Virus record (IMG/VR): IMGVR_UViG_3300020048_000032
Location: 19,147-83,146 of that record
Direction: 5' to 3' (one strand)
Source of the DNA: a virus
Taxonomy: Duplodnaviria; Heunggongvirae; Uroviricota; Caudoviricetes
Length of the DNA stretch: 64,000 nucleotides
The notes below the pieces were generated by a model. It was not told the origin of the DNA and searched no databases. It saw only the letters and a program-made list of their open reading frames with translations. Within the stretch, counting starts at the first letter, position 1; each line of letters begins with the position of its first letter. The position numbers and the translations under genes are program-made. This document shows, piece after piece, positions 25,401-36,177 of this stretch.

Positions 25401-27650
25401 TTAATCCTCCTGTTTTAGCAAGTTTTTAAATAATAGTTTCTTGCGCTCTATGTCTCTACTTAATAAGGTTTCTGTTACTGTTCTATAGGTAACTTCATCC
25501 ATACCTGCAACATTATAATATTTATTTACTGCCTCAAATAAGGCAACGCTCTGCTCAATGTTTTCACTTGTAAATCCCTCAACTGCAAATTTATAAGTAA
25601 GTGATTCTGCTGCAGACCTATAATCTTTAGGCCCATGAATTGCTAATTTTTCTAGGTCGTCCACTAACTTCAGTTTATTACTATTTGAAGCATAGTATTG
25701 TACGCCAGGTATTTTAGACAATCCAAAAGATTCTATTGGGTTATCTTCATCATACTCTTTAGAAAGTGACCCTAATGGAATACCTGTGTCTCCAGGTTCG
25801 TAGTCTCCGCCAGCTCCACCCGTTGGGGTTTCTACGGGTGTCTCTTCTCCCGTTGAAAGTTCTTCAGGTTGCCCAAGCTCTCCAAAGTCTTCGCCACCCA
25901 AGTCTAGCGGGCTTCCACCACCCATACTAAATGAATCACTACCACCAAAGCTTGGAGCAGCTATGCCACCTCCAGGTGCCTCTAGGTCTAATCCAGCTTG
26001 GTCTGCTGTTTGAGCTTCTTTCTCTGTAAGTAGTCCGTTTACTTTTAAATCTAGAACGGTACTATACATTGTTTTGCCCGTGTTGATACTATTAACTCTT
26101 GCTTCATTCAATTGAGAATTTATATTCAAATGACTGATTGCAATTGCTTTACTTAATAGGTCATCGAATATTTCTTTTATTCTCGGAGAATCCATATACT
26201 CATCAACAAGTTCTGTATATAATTGAACCAAGTTTACAGTGTCTGGACCATACTGAGAAACAGATTTTACAATATTATCAATTACTTCTATTCTCTTTAG
26301 AGTTTCATCAAGACGAGAAAGTTCTTCTGCACTTGATGGATTTGTCATTCTAATTGCATACTTCTTCGTATCATAGACACGTCCACGACTTACAAGGTAT
26401 GCATCAATTAAGTCTTCAACACCACGGAGTAATGCAAGCTGAACTCGTCTTACTGCTCTGGTATATCGGATATCTAATTTGGCCAGTGTCGCATCACCAG
26501 GGTTGGTTGGCAAGGATTCTTCAAAACCTAAGAATGTCTTAGGGATTTGTAACCCTGCAAACATCTTACTTCTAAAGTATTCCACGTCAACAATAAATTG
26601 AGTTTCTACGTTACCGCCTAATTCTTTTACGTCAATAGCACCTACGCCTTTATTAACTGAATTAAACAAGGCATCAGCGGCTGGACGATAAATTCTTTGT
26701 GACTGATATTCACCAGTAGCACCATCAAATCTTGGTTTAGCATCGAATAATCTTTTTAATTTATTTATTACTCTTGCTGCGCCTTCACCTGTTGCTTCAC
26801 CAACTTCAACGTTAAAGATACGTACATATTCTGAACGAGCTATCTTATTCGTAATAACAGTATCTTCAAGAAGTCGAAGGATACGATAATTTACACGGAC
26901 AGGTTCTAATATTGAACGGCCTTTTAATATGTTTAATTCTAAAGGAGAAATTGTCCCACCTTCATTTATTGCCTGGATGACAACAGAGTTTACTCTTGGC
27001 GTATCATCTAGATAGAAGTGGGTAAACTTGTTTATAGCATAAGCATCAAATTCACTTGTACTATGCGAATGTACTGCAACCTTACGGTCGTCTCTCTTTA
27101 CAACAAATCCTTCTGAATCATCTTCATGGTCTATGAGATGAAGGATATTCTCTGGTACAGATACAGGTTTTATATTGATTAAGTATCCATGTTTATTATA
27201 CATGTTCTCTAAATATAAATCTCCGAACTGTGCAATTTGATATGCCCAACCCCATAGCTTATAGTCAATCTGAATATTACTTAAAAAGTTTGTAAGCTCT
27301 GCCCCCAGTGCAGGGTCTTCTGTATCAATCCATACCGGAACATTCTTAATGTTATCAAATATTGTTGCATCATCTGCGTATGAACGAAGTGCTGCGGCAA
27401 TAATTACTTCATTTTCCATATTCTTGTATTCGCTGTACTTATCGTTGTGTACGGCTAACGGATTTCTTAAATCATTAATAATTTTATTTAGATTCACTAA
27501 CGAGGTTGAATCTATAAATTCCCCAAAATTTCCTTGTGAGACTGGTTTATTTAAAAATTTAGTAAAATCATCACTAGGATTAGTGGATGAAATAACATTG
27601 CTTTTAAATAAACGGGAAAGCGACCATCTCCAATTTGTGCGTTCAGCCAT
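25401..27650 (-). CDS. large virion-associated protein, portal-like (assignment tentative), with Gly/acidic low-complexity insertion
   Basis: 750 aa from MAERTNWRW (GGAGG RBS); size and position near terminase; segment GGGSPLDLGGEDFGELGQPEELSTGEETPVETPTGGAGGDYEPGD. Confidence 0.4.
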   Translation of the reverse strand: MAERTNWRWSLSRLFKSNVISSTNPSDDFTKFLNKPVSQGNFGEFIDSTSLVNLNKIINDLRNPLAVHNDKYSEYKNMENEVIIAAALRSYADDATIFDNIKNVPVWIDTEDPALGAELTNFLSNIQIDYKLWGWAYQIAQFGDLYLENMYNKHGYLINIKPVSVPENILHLIDHEDDSEGFVVKRDDRKVAVHSHSTSEFDAYAINKFTHFYLDDTPRVNSVVIQAINEGGTISPLELNILKGRSILEPVRVNYRILRLLEDTVITNKIARSEYVRIFNVEVGEATGEGAARVINKLKRLFDAKPRFDGATGEYQSQRIYRPAADALFNSVNKGVGAIDVKELGGNVETQFIVDVEYFRSKMFAGLQIPKTFLGFEESLPTNPGDATLAKLDIRYTRAVRRVQLALLRGVEDLIDAYLVSRGRVYDTKKYAIRMTNPSSAEELSRLDETLKRIEVIDNIVKSVSQYGPDTVNLVQLYTELVDEYMDSPRIKEIFDDLLSKAIAISHLNINSQLNEARVNSINTGKTMYSTVLDLKVNGLLTEKEAQTADQAGLDLEAPGGGIAAPSFGGSDSFSMGGGSPLDLGGEDFGELGQPEELSTGEETPVETPTGGAGGDYEPGDTGIPLGSLSKEYDEDNPIESFGLSKIPGVQYYASNSNKLKLVDDLEKLAIHGPKDYRSAAESLTYKFAVEGFTSENIEQSVALFEAVNKYYNVAGMDEVTYRTVTETLLSRDIERKKLLFKNLLKQED

Positions 27651-27760
27651 AACATTACCTCCATTATTTGAATGTAGTATAGGTATGTCGTGAAACATAC
27701 CTATCGTTCTCAACATATAAGCTATACAGACTTACAGTTATAATATAATTTTGGCGGATA

Positions 27761-28198
27761 TTAAGCTTTATTTTCTGTTTCTTGGTGTACAATTAAGAAA
27801 GTTTTTAACAATGCATGAAACATGTTCTCTAATGCAAAAGATTTATATGACATTTGTGCATGTCGGTCCTCATCTGCAATAAAATTGCTCATAATTACAT
27901 CTTCTACAAAGTATCTATCGTCACCTTCTCCAATATCTGCTGCAAAAATGTGCACAACGGCCTCTCCAATCGCAATATCTACATCCATATCGTTGCTACT
28001 CATCACTGGAATAGGTAATCCTGTGACATTAAAGGTAATTGTTAGGATAGATGGGTCAGTTTCTTCTTCCTGTACCGATTCACTGAGCTTTATCCCAGAG
28101 ATATTGTATCCAAGAGCTTGTACTGTCTTAAAAATCTGTCCTATGTCGTATGCGGGCGGACGCTGGTCTAGCGTCGCTGTTTGTAATTGTTCAGTCAT
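27761..28198 (-). CDS. hypothetical protein
   Basis: Start placed at MTEQLQ (AAGGAGA RBS) to avoid a 100-nt overlap. Confidence 0.45.
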   Translation of the reverse strand: MTEQLQTATLDQRPPAYDIGQIFKTVQALGYNISGIKLSESVQEEETDPSILTITFNVTGLPIPVMSSNDMDVDIAIGEAVVHIFAADIGEGDDRYFVEDVIMSNFIADEDRHAQMSYKSFALENMFHALLKTFLIVHQETENKA

Positions 28199-28508
28199 TA
28201 GTCTCCTTAGTGTTTTTAATATTTTGTAAATCCTGAATTCCAACTGCTTCATAAGTCTTATAAAAAATATCTGGTTTACATGGATACAATTCTCCATTTA
28301 CTCCTTGAATAACAAAATCACCTTCATTTACTGTCATGTCTCCTTCAAGAGTTCTAATAACTGTTAGAGTAGTGCTCTTCGATTTTGCCGTAATCATCAC
28401 GCGTCCGTCTTGCCAAGCTTCAACAAACCATTTTGGCATGTTATCGGAATAGTCACTAAAGTATTCAAATGCCTCAATTATAATTGGTCTCTTTTTATAA
28501 AGTGCCAT
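28191..28508 (-). CDS. hypothetical protein
   Basis: ORF track. Confidence 0.5.
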   Translation of the reverse strand: MALYKKRPIIIEAFEYFSDYSDNMPKWFVEAWQDGRVMITAKSKSTTLTVIRTLEGDMTVNEGDFVIQGVNGELYPCKPDIFYKTYEAVGIQDLQNIKNTKETND

Positions 28509-28520
28509 ACGTCCTCCTTG

Positions 28521-28844
28521 TTAATTTTTATTGGCTTGCAAATTACTATATAAAACTATCTCAAGTAAAGAGCCAGTCATCAAGTCATAAATATAGTCTA
28601 AGCTAACAATATCAAATAATAAATCTTTCCCATTGATATCTAGCACAACAAACTCTTTAACAGTTTGATAATGTTTGAAGTCAATAAGCTTGCCTTGTGG
28701 TACGTTTACTCTTACAAAGAATTCGCGTCCTGGATAAATATTATTAGGGGTTTTACCTTGAGTAATATTATAATCCTTAACCGTTATGGTTATAAATTTA
28801 ATATTGAGCAGTCTTGCGAAAATATTTCTAAAAAAGTTTTTCAT
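28521..28844 (-). CDS. hypothetical protein
   Basis: ORF track. Confidence 0.5.
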   Translation of the reverse strand: MKNFFRNIFARLLNIKFITITVKDYNITQGKTPNNIYPGREFFVRVNVPQGKLIDFKHYQTVKEFVVLDINGKDLLFDIVSLDYIYDLMTGSLLEIVLYSNLQANKN

Positions 28845-28847
28845 AGT

Positions 28848-29552
28848 TTATTTATGATACACATAGTTGAAATAATCTATAGTAGTGTAACTCTGTACAA
28901 TTAGCGAGAATACTCTGTTTAATACTAACTGTTTAGTGTGCGTTTCCGTGCTAAAATTACTAATGTGTTCCTTGTACTCCTCTTTTGATTCTGCTAGATA
29001 CATATGTAAACCATCCATAAAATCTGCTAAAATCATACATATAAGTATTCTAATTTGTAACTTTGGGTCCTTGTATTTATTACCAGCATCTATTACTAAA
29101 TGATTCATATTTAAAATTGATACGTACGTTCTTGAGTCACTTCCTCTTGCAAGCAGAGTTGCATAATCCCACGCATAATCATTTTTTCTTAGTATTCCTG
29201 AAGTGGCTACAACATCTCCGGAGCCATTATGAAATACCGTATTTAAAGATAGGTCATTATGACAGATAACATGTGGGACTAACTGGCTATCAATTTTTAC
29301 TGCTAACGGTCGAATCATCCGGTCGTATAATTTTAAAGTCTGCTTAAGTACATCATCAGTATCTTTTAGCTCTTTCGCTTCTCTAACTAAACTATCTAGG
29401 TGTGAAGTAATATCAAAAGACTTAAAGCTAGGGTCTGTTGGCATATCATGGTAAGCCATCAACGCAGTGGTAAATGACTCTCTTTTATTTATTACGTCGT
29501 GTATACCTGTATAGGCGCCATACCCTGCGGGCACCTTCTCTAAAGCAATCAT
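28848..29552 (-). CDS. phosphotransferase/kinase-like protein (APH/choline-kinase fold?)
   Basis: HVICHNDLSLNTVF resembles the HxDxxxxN catalytic loop. Confidence 0.35.
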   Translation of the reverse strand: MIALEKVPAGYGAYTGIHDVINKRESFTTALMAYHDMPTDPSFKSFDITSHLDSLVREAKELKDTDDVLKQTLKLYDRMIRPLAVKIDSQLVPHVICHNDLSLNTVFHNGSGDVVATSGILRKNDYAWDYATLLARGSDSRTYVSILNMNHLVIDAGNKYKDPKLQIRILICMILADFMDGLHMYLAESKEEYKEHISNFSTETHTKQLVLNRVFSLIVQSYTTIDYFNYVYHK

Positions 29553-29749
29553 AACTTGTTAGTAAAGCCGAGCAACTCTACAACCTCATACAATACTTTA
29601 CTTTTAATCTTTGGTGTAAATGACGCAATAATATTTCTGTTTATTGCATCATACACTACTAAGTTGTGGTCGGCATTTATTTCTAATAATAGTTTCCCTG
29701 AAGGGTCTTTATAGGACCCCCAGACATCTGTAATCGTTTTATATGACAT
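29549..29749 (-). CDS. hypothetical protein
   Basis: ORF track. Confidence 0.45.
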   Translation of the reverse strand: MSYKTITDVWGSYKDPSGKLLLEINADHNLVVYDAINRNIIASFTPKIKSKVLYEVVELLGFTNKL

Positions 29750-29760
29750 AACAATACCTC

Positions 29761-31440
29761 CTATTTCAGTTCTACTAATACAGAGTTTTCTGTACTAACA
29801 AATAATGATATGGCCGATACTGCGTTTTCTAAAACTGATTTTGCAACTAGGTACGGGTCATATACTTTACAATCTTCTTTATCTAATACTTCTAATTTCA
29901 TTGTGTCTAGATTAATATACAGTATAGTACTTTCTAGTTTTTTGTGATTCATGCCCTCTGCTGTCTTTACAAGCTCTTCATAATTTACTAAGCCGCTATT
30001 CATTGGGATAAGCTGGAAGGGTAATCGTAATGAATCCATCAGTAATAAGAATCCGATATATTCATTTGGACGATTCGCTTTCATATCTGAAATTTCTTGA
30101 GCATAGTTTTTCAAAAGCCAGTAGTACGCTTTGAAGTAGGTATACCCTCCTCCAATAACAACACCTTCTTTGCTTGCGGCATGAGTTGCTAGAACTGCAT
30201 CATCATATTTTAACTTACGTTCTGTGCGTTCAATGTCGGTTACTCCGCCTACTTCTATAGTAACTGCAATGCCATTCAACTTAGAAATACGCACAGCCAA
30301 GTTTGCAAAATCTCCTGCTTGACCTTCGTCCGTCATATTCCCTTGTGTTTCTTTTAGCAATGCAATATGGTCTTCAACTGCTTTTTTATTTTCTAGAGTA
30401 TCTTGTGCCACAACATAAGTAATCTTTTTACTCGCTTTAATATTCTTAGCATGTCCCACTGCATTTACTAAATCATTGATGTCTAGTTTTGAGACTTGCG
30501 CTGAGATAATCTTTGCACCCGTAATTATGCTTAAATCTTGGAATGTACCCATATGGTCAACTGTTTGTGGAACTTCAACTGGAATAATCGGTACGCTTAT
30601 TTTATCAGTTCTCATAAACCAATTGTAATGAATAACTTTAAGTGCTTCTCCGTCTAACTTGTTACATAATACAATAAGAGGTGTATCGTAAGTAAGGCCA
30701 TGACGTTTAATTAACGCTGCGTAGGTATTGATAATTGCCGACGCATCTTCCGTTGTCATAATCATCCTGTCTAAAATTAGAACTAAGGGGTCAATACAAT
30801 CAATAGGTTTATTTGAGAACATTTCTTGATTTGCAAACCCACCGGTAAACTCATACCCATTTGAATAGTTTACTGCATCTTCGCTATTCCTAGAAAGACG
30901 AATATTAACCAATCCATCTGGACCAAGTTTATCTCGTAGCTCTCCAACAATCTTACCAATTTCTTTTGAACCAGATGAGCTCTCTGCAATATTAATAAGA
31001 ATGTCTTTAGTCACGTCTTTGTTTACTACGCTTTTGAGATATTCTAGAATTAAATCCTTTGCGCGATTTATACCTTTTCTAACAAGCACCGGATTTGATA
31101 ATTCCTTCTGCTTCATTAACTCAATATACTTTGAAATCACACTGGCTGCAATAAGATATGTACTTGTTGTACCGTCTCCTACATCCTCCTCTGTTTTCTT
31201 TGAGGAGGTATAGACTAGTTTTGCTCCAAGCAGCTCTAGGTCTGAAAGCGTGCTCAATGCGAACTCAACTACTCTTACCCCATCATCTGTAAGCAACGGC
31301 TGACTTCGTTCCGCTCGGGTGTCCATAATGGCTACATTGCGACCATACGGACCTAAGGTACATCTGACAATATCTGCTACCTTCTGTACCCCTTCATTCA
31401 TTTGTATTTGTGTTTCTGGATTCTTAATAAGTGATTTCAT
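29761..31440 (-). CDS. groEL-like: GroEL/Cpn60-family chaperonin
   Basis: VRCTLGPYGRNVAI matches GroEL VKVTLGPKGRNVVL; EEDVGDGTTSTYLIAASVI matches ANDAAGDGTTTATVLAQAI; NPVLVRKGINRA matches NPMDLKRGIDKA. Confidence 0.8.
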   Translation of the reverse strand: MKSLIKNPETQIQMNEGVQKVADIVRCTLGPYGRNVAIMDTRAERSQPLLTDDGVRVVEFALSTLSDLELLGAKLVYTSSKKTEEDVGDGTTSTYLIAASVISKYIELMKQKELSNPVLVRKGINRAKDLILEYLKSVVNKDVTKDILINIAESSSGSKEIGKIVGELRDKLGPDGLVNIRLSRNSEDAVNYSNGYEFTGGFANQEMFSNKPIDCIDPLVLILDRMIMTTEDASAIINTYAALIKRHGLTYDTPLIVLCNKLDGEALKVIHYNWFMRTDKISVPIIPVEVPQTVDHMGTFQDLSIITGAKIISAQVSKLDINDLVNAVGHAKNIKASKKITYVVAQDTLENKKAVEDHIALLKETQGNMTDEGQAGDFANLAVRISKLNGIAVTIEVGGVTDIERTERKLKYDDAVLATHAASKEGVVIGGGYTYFKAYYWLLKNYAQEISDMKANRPNEYIGFLLLMDSLRLPFQLIPMNSGLVNYEELVKTAEGMNHKKLESTILYINLDTMKLEVLDKEDCKVYDPYLVAKSVLENAVSAISLFVSTENSVLVELK

Positions 31441-31452
31441 TTTTCTTCTCCT

Positions 31453-33573
31453 TTAGTCATCGAATTCGTCATTAAACATTTTGTCCAATTGGTCAAAGAT
31501 GTCTTTATTTTGTCTAATCTTTTTACCATTAAATTCTTCTGGTAATACTGTATCACGACCAAGCTGTGCATCCAAAGATGCTTCTTGTATTCTAGCTAAC
31601 TCACTTGCTGAAATTACTTTCTGCTGATTTATACTAGCGTTATAGAATGCTCCTGTAACTCCGTCCGCAAGGTCTTTACTGCCGGAAATCGGGTGGTCTA
31701 TCTTACCTGTACGTTTGTCTTCAATCAATTCAGTAATTTCTGTTTCAAGAAGTAAATTCGTGATTGTGTCCACGCGTTCTTCATAAATAGATTTTCTAAA
31801 CGCTAGGTATGCTACGGGAGTTCTATCCACAGATACGGTCGTCATATTAAATCCGTTTTGTAACAACTCTTGCTGTAAGAATAAGGACTGATACGTATCA
31901 GTTGATACTGATGCAATATTCAATCCAGCATTACGTAAATGTACAATAAGCTCTAATAGCTTTCTATATGGAATCATATCCCCTACAGGAGCTTCTATAC
32001 CCATTGCACCTAGTACATAGTATGTATAGTCTCTAACTCGGACTATAATACCTTGGTCAAACCGGTCAACATCTCTGTACTCCGATGACCTAGCAACAAT
32101 TCCTATCCCAGTTCTATCATTATTTTTAGAGGTATCTAAGTGAATGTATACCTGTAAATGTCTAAGATTATCCGGTATTCTTGATAGGTCAACCAATGGA
32201 ACTAAAGAGTCTGCAGTACCTAATCCGGATTTTACAACCTCAACCTTAAAGATATTGTTTCTAACTTTACTAATACATTTAACGTATTTATTTGCATCAA
32301 TGTATTTAGAGCTGGAAGACAGCGCAATGCCCGCATCGTCTGTTAAAGCTTTGTCAGCATCTAATTCAAAATCTTTTCTATACTCTTCTGGTACATCTAA
32401 GACTTTGCGGCCCTGACTTTCAATCAATGCCCAGTCTTCGTCTGGAGAAAGTATTCTTGTACTATTGTACTTGTCTCCGACAGCTACTTTAAATCGCTTC
32501 CCAGAATACTTTCCTTTGATATTCCAAATTGGCTCATCAACAATAAGTACAGTAGGGTCTTGACGATACTTGTTAGCATACATTTCCAATGCTTCATTCT
32601 CGGCTTTCTTCGATGATACCATGAATATAACGCCAGGTATCTTTCCATAAACCATGAATCGAGATTGCATACGACGTTTAATCGCCATGTAAACTTGCAT
32701 GATTTCCGTTGCAGTAAATGATTCATTAGTATTTGGTACTTGCTTCCCTTTTTCATAGAAGTTCATTTCATCCAAGAATGCACAGAATACATCATATCCG
32801 GTAAAGTGAGTTACTTTTGACCCAATAAGAATTGTTATATCTTTACTTGGTTCAAAAGTTAATTCATCTATTGCAGCTTGTGGGACTTCATTTCCGGCTA
32901 GTACTTGATTTGTAACTAGGGTTGCTGTTCGACCCCTTAGAATCCCGTGTTTAATAAACCACGGAGATTGTTTTAGAGTTGCTTGAAGTTTGCCATAACC
33001 AATACCAGTAACGTGTTGTAAGTCAATATTAAATATTGCTTCCGCTATTTTAGAACCACCCATTAATCCATAATACTCTGCAGGTGATTTTAAACACATC
33101 AATCGATATAAAGTATATGCCATACCAATTACAGCTACGGTAGACTTACCGATACCAATAGCCCCAGTTAAAACTACTTCCATAATTTTGCTATCTGGGG
33201 CAAATATCTTTTCTAAAACTTTTATCCAGTAAGGATAAATAGAAGTACCACCATCTGTTGATTTCCCTAAATATTCTGGGTCACAAATAAATGTACGGAT
33301 ATCTACTGGTATTTCTTCGTAGTCTTCTGCTCTGATTCTATTATAAATTGCTGATTCACCAGCCTCAACCGTTTCCGCTAGGATTTCTAAGAAAACAGTA
33401 TATTCCTCGTCGGTCATTCTGTCCACTAGGCTAAGCAGTTCTTCACTCAATACCTTTGTGGACAGCTCCGCCATTACTTGTTTAAACTTCTCTTTGGACT
33501 CTTTTGGGAACTGCTTTAGCTTCTCAATAGTCTCCTTTAATGCTTCTGCAGTTTCGTTTGGTACATTAGTCAT
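31453..33573 (-). CDS. terL: terminase large subunit
   Basis: Walker A GAIGIGKST; size 707 aa; start MTNVPN with GGTGAGG RBS. Confidence 0.7.
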   Translation of the reverse strand: MTNVPNETAEALKETIEKLKQFPKESKEKFKQVMAELSTKVLSEELLSLVDRMTDEEYTVFLEILAETVEAGESAIYNRIRAEDYEEIPVDIRTFICDPEYLGKSTDGGTSIYPYWIKVLEKIFAPDSKIMEVVLTGAIGIGKSTVAVIGMAYTLYRLMCLKSPAEYYGLMGGSKIAEAIFNIDLQHVTGIGYGKLQATLKQSPWFIKHGILRGRTATLVTNQVLAGNEVPQAAIDELTFEPSKDITILIGSKVTHFTGYDVFCAFLDEMNFYEKGKQVPNTNESFTATEIMQVYMAIKRRMQSRFMVYGKIPGVIFMVSSKKAENEALEMYANKYRQDPTVLIVDEPIWNIKGKYSGKRFKVAVGDKYNSTRILSPDEDWALIESQGRKVLDVPEEYRKDFELDADKALTDDAGIALSSSSKYIDANKYVKCISKVRNNIFKVEVVKSGLGTADSLVPLVDLSRIPDNLRHLQVYIHLDTSKNNDRTGIGIVARSSEYRDVDRFDQGIIVRVRDYTYYVLGAMGIEAPVGDMIPYRKLLELIVHLRNAGLNIASVSTDTYQSLFLQQELLQNGFNMTTVSVDRTPVAYLAFRKSIYEERVDTITNLLLETEITELIEDKRTGKIDHPISGSKDLADGVTGAFYNASINQQKVISASELARIQEASLDAQLGRDTVLPEEFNGKKIRQNKDIFDQLDKMFNDEFDD

Positions 33574-34207
33574 TAACCTCACCCGATACTTTTATAATGG
33601 AAGCGATGCGGCTATCATGTAAATAATAACTCGCGCCATCTGTTCTGTTTTTGGTTGGATAAGAGAAGACTTTTGCATACACATTAACTGCATCATCTTT
33701 ATTTAATGTCTTAATGATTTCTGCCATTCGGCCGACACCTGTTAGTTTTGCAATAACTCTACGCCCATCTGCATTTTCTGTCATAACAAGAATACTGATA
33801 GAGGTAATATCTTTACTCACTGTCTCTGGACTTATTTTAATAATTGTACCTGTCATATCGAGAACGGAGCCGGTTGCTAAATGAAGGTTTAACTCTTCGT
33901 TTTCTTTTAACTCTTCTGGAGTAACTATCGCAACCGTCTCTAACGACACCGCGATATCGCTAAGGGATTCTGTTATTTTTGATTTAACTAAGTCACCCGT
34001 ATACTTAATATAATTACCCACTGTAAACAGTGCTGTATCAAACTTGCCTTGCTCAAAGTAAAGTCTCAGGTGGTCAACTTTAGAGTTCTTATCCCCACGA
34101 TATGACAATACTGTTACGCTATTAAATACTTTTCCCTCATGATAGTGATTGGCTATTGGGGCTTCTTCTACGACTACTAATCCTTTAACTGTTGCTTTTG
34201 TTAACAT
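33566..34207 (-). CDS. hypothetical protein
   Basis: ORF track. Confidence 0.5.
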   Translation of the reverse strand: MLTKATVKGLVVVEEAPIANHYHEGKVFNSVTVLSYRGDKNSKVDHLRLYFEQGKFDTALFTVGNYIKYTGDLVKSKITESLSDIAVSLETVAIVTPEELKENEELNLHLATGSVLDMTGTIIKISPETVSKDITSISILVMTENADGRRVIAKLTGVGRMAEIIKTLNKDDAVNVYAKVFSYPTKNRTDGASYYLHDSRIASIIKVSGEVND

Positions 34208-34419
34208 TATAAATGTCCACCTTTCTTATTGAAATTAAATTTGGTACCTTGGCTGCCCTCTCGAATAAGCTGTGCTTCCGAAAAGGTTAACCTTAAACTC
34301 CCAACCAGGATAGTATATTCAATCCCACGAGGTGTCATAAAAACATCAACAATCTTTCCTTTAATGCCATTAGCGGTATTAGTTACATACCAGCCACGCT
34401 TATACTTTGCTAAAGCCAT
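34207..34419 (-). CDS. hypothetical protein
   Basis: ORF track. Confidence 0.45.
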   Translation of the reverse strand: MALAKYKRGWYVTNTANGIKGKIVDVFMTPRGIEYTILVGSLRLTFSEAQLIREGSQGTKFNFNKKGGHL

Positions 34420-35106
34420 TTATTTCTTCTTAGAAGCAGCAACCCAATGTTCAGGCAGATGTACACCGTCTAACACGTCTGCTGTCATGCGGTTAGTGTT
34501 ACTCATAAAACAACATTCTGCAGACTCTCCTGGGCTACAATATTCTACCCCGGTCATACAAGGATGAACATTTTTACTAGGCATCGCAGTTGCAGTTGTC
34601 GAGGCGATATTTAATGGTTTCGTTGAATTAGATACTATAGTAGAACCTGAAGATGCAGGCGTAGATGTCAATACTCCAGTGTCTGTTGCCACATTACTTG
34701 GATTCAGATATCCAGCGGTGGTTACAGTAATAGGAGTACCTTCTGGTATTGCACTAGTAGAAACATTAGTATAGTAAGGATATCTCCAATAGTCCCAACC
34801 GCCAAATGGTACATTCTGATATTGTGGCAGATATACAATCTTTTCTTTTACATTATGCTTTTCTTTTTCGAGCTCATTTTTTAATTTCTGAATCTCTAAC
34901 TCTTTTTCTAATAAAGCTACTCTTACATCGGGAGCAAATTCAGCTTTAGGTTCTGTAAAGCGGTCTAACAAGATATCGATAATCTTACGTCGAGTTTTAG
35001 CTACTTGTACTGCAGACCAGTCCTCCGTCTCAACATAATGATTGATGTCCTTTATCTCAAAGTCCAATTGTTCTAATAAGTATTCTATGATTAGATGTTC
35101 TTCCAT
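34420..35106 (-). CDS. hypothetical protein (coiled-coil N-terminus, Thr/Ser-rich and Cys-rich C-terminus)
   Basis: ORF track. Confidence 0.5.
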   Translation of the reverse strand: MEEHLIIEYLLEQLDFEIKDINHYVETEDWSAVQVAKTRRKIIDILLDRFTEPKAEFAPDVRVALLEKELEIQKLKNELEKEKHNVKEKIVYLPQYQNVPFGGWDYWRYPYYTNVSTSAIPEGTPITVTTAGYLNPSNVATDTGVLTSTPASSGSTIVSNSTKPLNIASTTATAMPSKNVHPCMTGVEYCSPGESAECCFMSNTNRMTADVLDGVHLPEHWVAASKKK

Positions 35107-35483
35107 TATTTGTTTTCCTCCATTATTTTATTATATAAGGCTGTTCCAGCACTTATCTTTAAAAAGATATCTGCATTACGCACAAGGGATATCGACCCAT
35201 ATTCGAATAATTTAAATGATTCTACTGCTGTTGCCCATACGCACACTAAGTCCCCTACTTCTGCTAACAGAGGTGGGGTATCACAATCCATTGACTCGAA
35301 GCATGGTTCATCAATAATTCTACAAATATTCATATACTTTCCTTGAAACTTGTCATCTACTCCAACTTCTGCAAACCCGTCACGGTGGACGTTGTTTACA
35401 TCTACTCCCTTAACTACTTCAATAATATACCAAGGAAAGTTAGCTGTTAAACTTTCTGTTAATACTATAGGTTCTTTATCCAT
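35106..35483 (-). CDS. hypothetical protein
   Basis: ORF track; class-2 promoter upstream. Confidence 0.5.
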   Translation of the reverse strand: MDKEPIVLTESLTANFPWYIIEVVKGVDVNNVHRDGFAEVGVDDKFQGKYMNICRIIDEPCFESMDCDTPPLLAEVGDLVCVWATAVESFKLFEYGSISLVRNADIFLKISAGTALYNKIMEENK

Positions 35484-35500
35484 TTTGTTCTTTCTCCTTC

Positions 35501-35534
35501 ATAAATAAATACTCATAAAACATTCTTTAAGATT
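35501..35534 (-). promoter_or_regulatory. promoter class 2 (variant -35 AATCTT)
   Basis: Aligned copy. Confidence 0.4.
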
Positions 35535-36177
35535 CCTTAAACTCAGCGTCTATGACATTCTCTACTATAACTTCTTCTGTAGGGGTCTCAGCATTTAATG
35601 CATCAATAAACAAGGTAGTCATACGCTCAATTTTCTTTCTAGAATCTAACGATAATATTTGTGTTGTTGATGTATACCCTAGGTTGCGGTTAGTACTTAT
35701 TTCATCATTAATATTATTTAAATTAACAACAAATAAATTCATTAACGTTTCTGATTCTGTTAGTTTTAGCATTAAGCTGACGCTTGCAGTAATTGATGTT
35801 TGAATCTGGTCTATCATTGCCAAGGCTGTTTTTGGATTCATATACTGGCTACTCAGTAATGTGTCGTAATACTTTGTTTCAAGTCGCTCCATGGTCTTCA
35901 CAAGTCGCGCCAGGCGAGACATACTATCACTCGTATATAAAACCACAAAGGTTTTAATATTGTTGACATGGACTGGCGAAAGGTACCGTGAGATGTCTAC
36001 TCCTACCTTACTTATTTTTGAAAGCTCCTCCATAGACAAGCTATTCAATAACATAGGAGACTGGTCAAGCATCTCAGTTATAGCTTGAATATCATCTGGT
36101 CCAAACTTTACTTTACCTACGATTGCTCTAATTTGTTTTATAGCTTTACTACTAGATATGTTAACTAAATTATTCAT
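35527..36177 (-). CDS. hypothetical protein
   Basis: ORF track. Confidence 0.5.
   Translation of the reverse strand: MNNLVNISSSKAIKQIRAIVGKVKFGPDDIQAITEMLDQSPMLLNSLSMEELSKISKVGVDISRYLSPVHVNNIKTFVVLYTSDSMSRLARLVKTMERLETKYYDTLLSSQYMNPKTALAMIDQIQTSITASVSLMLKLTESETLMNLFVVNLNNINDEISTNRNLGYTSTTQILSLDSRKKIERMTTLFIDALNAETPTEEVIVENVIDAEFKES

Noticed and set aside
20013-27693. Plus-strand ORFs 20013..20234, 20766..20966, 26138..26353, 26354..26542, 27349..27693, 27822..28229
   Set aside because: All are antisense to long minus-strand genes with recognisable domains (RtcB, portal-like). They are typical shadow ORFs.
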